Source of the DNA: Elusimicrobiota bacterium
Lineage (GTDB): Bacteria; Elusimicrobiota; Elusimicrobia; Elusimicrobiales; UBA9959
Direction of reading: 5' to 3'
DNA: 50,455 nt
Assembly (NCBI GenBank): GCA_027340875.1
Contig: DAIENX010000068.1
Coordinates: 1-50,455, forward strand
Under the pieces are notes generated by a model. The model had not been told where the DNA came from and searched no databases. It worked only from the letters and a program-made list of their open reading frames with translations. This document shows, piece after piece, positions 46,029 to 50,455 of the stretch; position 1 is the stretch's first letter; the number at the start of each line of letters is the position of its first letter. Made by a program: the position numbers and the translations under genes.

Positions 46029-46270
46029 GCGACCTGAGCGCCTTACTGGAACTAGTTCTGCTGCTGGGCATACCCTTCGTGCCGGTGGCTGCCGGAGTAC
46101 TGTTGCGCAGGAAGTTCTCCCCAGCCCCTGCCGCGGAAGGCCAGGAGCCGGCGCCGCTTACGCCGGGCCAGAAGGCCGGCCGCTTGGCCGGCACCATACT
46201 GCTCTGGGGCGGCATACTCGGCATCCTCTTCATGTTAATCGTCGCTCTCAACTTCAAGGGCAAGCTCTGA
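46025..46270 (+). CDS. Small two-TM membrane protein
   Basis: ATGA overlap with the upstream gene; two hydrophobic helices. Confidence 0.7.
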   Translation: MSDLSALLELVLLLGIPFVPVAAGVLLRRKFSPAPAAEGQEPAPLTPGQKAGRLAGTILLWGGILGILFMLIVALNFKGKL

Positions 46271-46394
46271 ACGACCGGGGTCCCTCTCCCCCTTCCAGGC
46301 AGTCGTCTCCGGATATACGTGAAAGCGACCGCGCGCGCCGGCCGGCGGTTCTCCGCCGCTTGGCGAGAGAACGGCTGGCGGTTTGGACGGCCTA

Positions 46395-47318
46395 TCAGCG
46401 GTCGTATGTGAACGCGTTCCCAATCTTGTACGAGAATGAAATGTTGTGGGTCATCCCGAGATCTCCCATCGGAGACAGGGCATAGGAGAACTCAAGGTGA
46501 GTGTCACGCAGGCCGACGCCGAAGCTCAGGCCGGGGCCGGCTCCGGAGCTCATCCCAGTCCGGTACCCGGAGCGCAGCATTACGTTCCCTTCCCTGGAAA
46601 GCGGGATTTCCGCGCCAACGCTTAGGAACGGGTCCTCGCGCAGATATTCCGTCAACTGCGCCGAGAGGGACAGAAGCCGCGGCCACCGGTAAAGGGCCCC
46701 CGCCTTCACCCCCCTGGGAAGTTCGAAGCCGGTGGAGCCCAGCTTCATGGCGGGACCGAAATTCTGCGCCGACGCTCCGAAACGCCATCTGCCGCTGGAA
46801 TAAAGAAGCCCTGCGTCCACGGCGCCCGTAAGCGCGCTCTCCGAATCCAGCCCCTGATGAAGGGCCTTGACGGTGACGCCGCCCAGCAGTGCCCCGGAAA
46901 TGCTCCCTGCGATGGATGCGCCCAGCATCCCCTCCGCGGCGCTGAAGGTCCCGGTACGGTCCCCCAATTCATTATACTTGCCTATGGGACCGCTGGTAAA
47001 CAATTCCCCGGAAAAGCCCAGCACCAGCCCTTTTTGCAAAGGCTGCACGTATACCAGGCTTTCGCAGTGCATCCCCTGGACCAGTTCCATATGCGAGAGC
47101 ATGAACTCCACGTGGGAAAGCGTGCGCAGGCCGGCTGGATTGTAGAAGACGGTTCCCGGATCGTTGGCCACCCCGACGAAGGACCCGCCCAGGGCGGCCG
47201 GGCGGGCGGAAGGGAACATTTTCAGGTAAGCGGCAGCGGTAGTCCCCGGAGCCCCTGACGCAGGCATAACGGAGGAGAAGAAGAACGCCCAGAAGATCAA
47301 AAGGCCTGTTCTTACCAT
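46395..47318 (-). CDS. PorV/PorQ-family outer-membrane beta-barrel
   Basis: YLK..PSARPAALG..F.G, YNPAGL, DAGLLY, LRSGY, GDLG.TH; amphipathic strands. Confidence 0.85.
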   Translation of the reverse strand: MVRTGLLIFWAFFFSSVMPASGAPGTTAAAYLKMFPSARPAALGGSFVGVANDPGTVFYNPAGLRTLSHVEFMLSHMELVQGMHCESLVYVQPLQKGLVLGFSGELFTSGPIGKYNELGDRTGTFSAAEGMLGASIAGSISGALLGGVTVKALHQGLDSESALTGAVDAGLLYSSGRWRFGASAQNFGPAMKLGSTGFELPRGVKAGALYRWPRLLSLSAQLTEYLREDPFLSVGAEIPLSREGNVMLRSGYRTGMSSGAGPGLSFGVGLRDTHLEFSYALSPMGDLGMTHNISFSYKIGNAFTYDR

Positions 47319-50300
47319 ATTACCGCCATTTTACCGGCCGCGCTTCCCATGTTCGAGGTCCTCACGACATAGAGGTATACTCCGCTGGCGGCTTTCCCGC
47401 CGCTGGAAACCCGCCCGTCCCAGGTGCCCACGTTCATGCTGTCCACGCCGTTGGACCGGTCCAGGACGCGGACCAGCGCGCCGGAAACGTCGTATATGTA
47501 TATCCGCACTCCCGTGGCACCGGGATGTATGTTGGATATTTTCATGGGACCGCGATCCATACGGCACGGGTTCGGGTACACTTTTACATGGTCATTGCCG
47601 AGCACTTCGGAATCGACATAACGCAGCGAATATATGGAGAAGTGCGCGACTTCCGCCTGTACACTGTTCAATGCCGGATCGCGGGTCACCCCCTCGGAAA
47701 CCAGCACCCACCTTCCCAAAGCTTCGTTCAGCCAGTAAAGGCCGACCAGTCCCTCGTTCACGTTCGTGCCGTCCACTATTCCGTTATTGTCCGCGTCGGG
47801 GTAGAACATCTTCACCTTGACCGGGACATTGAAAGACGATATCGCCCCTCCTGAAAGGGCTCTCGCGCTGAACTCCCGCTCCAGCTTAAGCCCGGTGAAG
47901 GCCAGCGAGTCGCCGCCGGCCGCCGAGGCCGTTCTGGAAGCGGGCACGGTGGTGGAGATTATCAGCGTCGCCACCGGGACCGCGCCTGGCGGGACTATCA
48001 CGGTGACTATCCCGCTGTCGACCACCACGCCCCCGGACAGAGCGCTCACGGTGGTATCCATGTAGAACGTGGACCCTGACAGGATGGCGGAGAGCGGATT
48101 TCCCGCGGCATCCGGGGATACCAGCGAGAAAGAGACCGTCCCGGTGGAATAGGAGGGCTCTATAAAGAACTCTCCCGTCCAGGCCGAGCCGGATACATGG
48201 GAAAGCTGCGCTTCCTTCCTGATGCCGCCGGGGAAATCCACATATAGCCGTGGGGGCGAAGGCAGGGGATTAGCCTCGTTTATGGTCAAATTGAACGTCA
48301 GAGGACCGGACGGGGCCGGGAGAGGAGAGGTCACCTGTATGACGGCGGACGGAGAGGTCACGTCCGGGACCTGTCCGTCCGAACACGAGAAATAAGAGGG
48401 GAGCCCGCTGTTCGGATACGCCATGACGCAGAAATAGTAGGCGGTCCCTTCCGCAAGGCCGAGGCCGGGCAGGGTAACGGACGTGGAAAGACCGTTGCTG
48501 GTCCACGGAACGAGATCAGTGGTGCCCGGCGCTGTCCCGACCGCGTACATATAGCGATTTATCCCGCGGGGATGCGAAGAGGCGGCCCAGTTCGCGGACA
48601 ACGAAGAGAGCGAAGCGTAATAGTCGATATCCGCGCCGGTCCCGTCCCTGACCTCGGAGATGAACTGCGCCCGCACTGAATCCATCAGCTGTCCGTCGGA
48701 AGAGAGCACCGAGGACTGCAGGCCCGCGTTATTCCCAGCTTTGACGGAGAAATAATAAGTGGTCCCGTCCACCAGTGAAAGGCCGGATCTCGAGACCGAG
48801 GTGCTGACGCCGTTATCCGTCCAGTCGACGAGGTCCACAGCCCCCGCGGTGGTACCAATGGCGTACCAGTACCTGGATATCCCGCTCTGCGCGTCGGAGG
48901 AAAGGTCCCAGTTCGCGGAAAGCGTGTCAATGCTGGTGGAGCAGCTTTCGTCCGCGCCCAGTCCGTCATGGACGTACGTGACCGGGGCCGGAGGCGTAGC
49001 GTCCACCAGCTGGCCGTCGGAGTTAACGGCGCCGGACTGCAGACCCGCGTTGTTCTCCGCCTTGACGGTGAAATAATACACCTGCCCGTCCGTTAGCGAC
49101 AGGCCGGTACTGATAACCGACCGGCCGATGGAATTATCCGTCCAGCCGACCACGTCAGTGCCGCCAACGGTGGTTCCTATGGCGTACCAGTACTTGGCGA
49201 TGCCGCTCTCCGCGTCCGCGGCAGCCGTCCAGTTAGCCGACAGCTGGCTGAGCGAGCCCGCATAGACCGCGTCTGCGCCGGTACCGTCATTGACGGCGCC
49301 CGGCGCGCCTGGCGCCGTGGTGTCAGCCGTCTGACCGTTGGAATTGGCCGCCGCGGACTGCAGGCCTACGCCGTTCTCAGCCTTAACTGTGAAGTAATAG
49401 ACCTGTCCGTTCGTCAGCGTCAGGCCTGTCTTCGTAACGGAAGTATTGATCCCGTTATCGGTCCAGCCGAGCACCTCCGTACCGCCAACGGTAGTACCGA
49501 TAGCGTACCAGTACTTCGCCACCCCGCTCTGCGCGTCAGAGGAGGCGGTCCAGTTAGCCTGCAGCAGGGTGACGGAAGCCGTGTATGAGATATCGACTCC
49601 GGCGCCGTCGTTCACCGCGCCCGGAACGGACGGCGCCGACGCGTCCGCCATCTGACCGTTGGAATTAACGGCGCCGGACTGCAAACCCGCGTTGTTCTCC
49701 GCCTTGACGCTGAAGTAATACACCTGCCCGTCCGTCAGCGTAAGACCGGTCTTCGTTACGAACAGAACGGCGCCGTTGTCGGTCCAGCCGACCACATCGG
49801 TGCCGCCCGCTGTCGTCCCTATAGCGTACCAATACTTCGCGATACCGCTCTCCGCGTCCGCGGCAGCCGTCCAGTTAGCCTGCAGCTGGCTGCCGGACGT
49901 GGTATAGCTGATATCCGCGCCGGTTCCATCATTGACCGCTCCAGCAGGAGACGGCGCGGATATATCTATAATCTGGCCGTTGGAATTGACGGCTCCGGAC
50001 TGCAGCCCGGAACCGTTCTCCGCCTTGACCGTGAAATAATATGCCTGACCGTTGGTCAGCGTAAGCCCGGTCTTCGTAACGGACAGGGCGGCCCCGTTGT
50101 CGGTCCAGCCGGCCACGTCGGTGCCGCCCACGGTGGTTCCTATAGCGTACCAGTACCGCGCGATGCCGCTCTCCGCGTCCGCGGCAGCCGTCCAGTTAGC
50201 CGACAGCTGGCTGAGCGAGCCCGCATAGACCGCGTCTGCGCCGGTACCGTCATTGACGGCGCCCGGCGCGCCTGGCGCCGTGGTGTCCGCCGTCTGACCG

Positions 50301-50455
50301 TTGGAATTGACCACCGCGGACTGCAGGCCTACGCCGTTCTCAGCCTTAACTGTGAAGTAATAGACCTGTCCGCTCGTCAGCGTCAGGCCTGTCTTCGTAA
50401 CGGAAGTATTGATCCCGTTATCGGTCCAGCCGAGCACCTCCGTACCGCCAACGGT
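47312..50455 (-). CDS. Large FN3-like repeat surface protein with C-terminal FlgD-Ig/T9SS-type sorting domain (5' end truncated)
   Basis: About 107-aa repeats (L.ANW, SGIA.YWYAIGT, YYF.VKA.N..GL.S), C-terminal KVYPNP...IYD..G..VR...WDG...ASGVYLY; frame is open to the window edge. Confidence 0.9.
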   Translation of the reverse strand, partial: TVGGTEVLGWTDNGINTSVTKTGLTLTSGQVYYFTVKAENGVGLQSAVVNSNGQTADTTAPGAPGAVNDGTGADAVYAGSLSQLSANWTAAADAESGIARYWYAIGTTVGGTDVAGWTDNGAALSVTKTGLTLTNGQAYYFTVKAENGSGLQSGAVNSNGQIIDISAPSPAGAVNDGTGADISYTTSGSQLQANWTAAADAESGIAKYWYAIGTTAGGTDVVGWTDNGAVLFVTKTGLTLTDGQVYYFSVKAENNAGLQSGAVNSNGQMADASAPSVPGAVNDGAGVDISYTASVTLLQANWTASSDAQSGVAKYWYAIGTTVGGTEVLGWTDNGINTSVTKTGLTLTNGQVYYFTVKAENGVGLQSAAANSNGQTADTTAPGAPGAVNDGTGADAVYAGSLSQLSANWTAAADAESGIAKYWYAIGTTVGGTDVVGWTDNSIGRSVISTGLSLTDGQVYYFTVKAENNAGLQSGAVNSDGQLVDATPPAPVTYVHDGLGADESCSTSIDTLSANWDLSSDAQSGISRYWYAIGTTAGAVDLVDWTDNGVSTSVSRSGLSLVDGTTYYFSVKAGNNAGLQSSVLSSDGQLMDSVRAQFISEVRDGTGADIDYYASLSSLSANWAASSHPRGINRYMYAVGTAPGTTDLVPWTSNGLSTSVTLPGLGLAEGTAYYFCVMAYPNSGLPSYFSCSDGQVPDVTSPSAVIQVTSPLPAPSGPLTFNLTINEANPLPSPPRLYVDFPGGIRKEAQLSHVSGSAWTGEFFIEPSYSTGTVSFSLVSPDAAGNPLSAILSGSTFYMDTTVSALSGGVVVDSGIVTVIVPPGAVPVATLIISTTVPASRTASAAGGDSLAFTGLKLEREFSARALSGGAISSFNVPVKVKMFYPDADNNGIVDGTNVNEGLVGLYWLNEALGRWVLVSEGVTRDPALNSVQAEVAHFSIYSLRYVDSEVLGNDHVKVYPNPCRMDRGPMKISNIHPGATGVRIYIYDVSGALVRVLDRSNGVDSMNVGTWDGRVSSGGKAASGVYLYVVRTSNMGSAAGKMAVIW
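49197..49492. repeat. Near-identical intragenic duplication (other copy 50160-50455, offset 963 bp)
   Basis: About four mismatches over ~296 bp by manual comparison. Confidence 0.85.

Overview
High-GC bacterial chromosome fragment; gene content and style suggest Elusimicrobiota, but that is inference only. Part 1 (1-~13060) is the right end of a horizontally acquired island. It holds a type I restriction-modification operon (hsdM, a half-size single-TRD hsdS, hsdR, M48/YgjP protease) interleaved with about eight cargo genes: a DUF6036-like nucleotidyltransferase plus wHTH partner, membrane proteins, a HEPN-like gene and unknowns. The operon sits between two perfect 58-bp inverted arms, each abutting a direct copy of the same 12-bp core. 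The island ends at a probable tRNA 3'-end remnant (attR). Part 2 (13156-50455) is ordinary host DNA: msrA, OsmC, cyclophilin, LTA-synthase-family sulfatase, sirtuin, SRAP, two-component genes, htpX, pcm, TetR, dinB, M28 peptidase, glyoxalase, CsgG-like lipoprotein, a secreted-protein cluster with clostripain, tex, radC, a PorV-like barrel and a truncated FN3-repeat T9SS-type cargo protein. Most striking non-coding signals: (i) the inverted-arm/direct-core boundary around the defence module; (ii) the same CGACA-N6-TGTCGG-N10-TANNNT (PafBC/WYL-type) promoter upstream of both the R-M operon and radC; (iii) six apparently leaderless genes. All product calls come from motif recognition by eye; no database searches were run.
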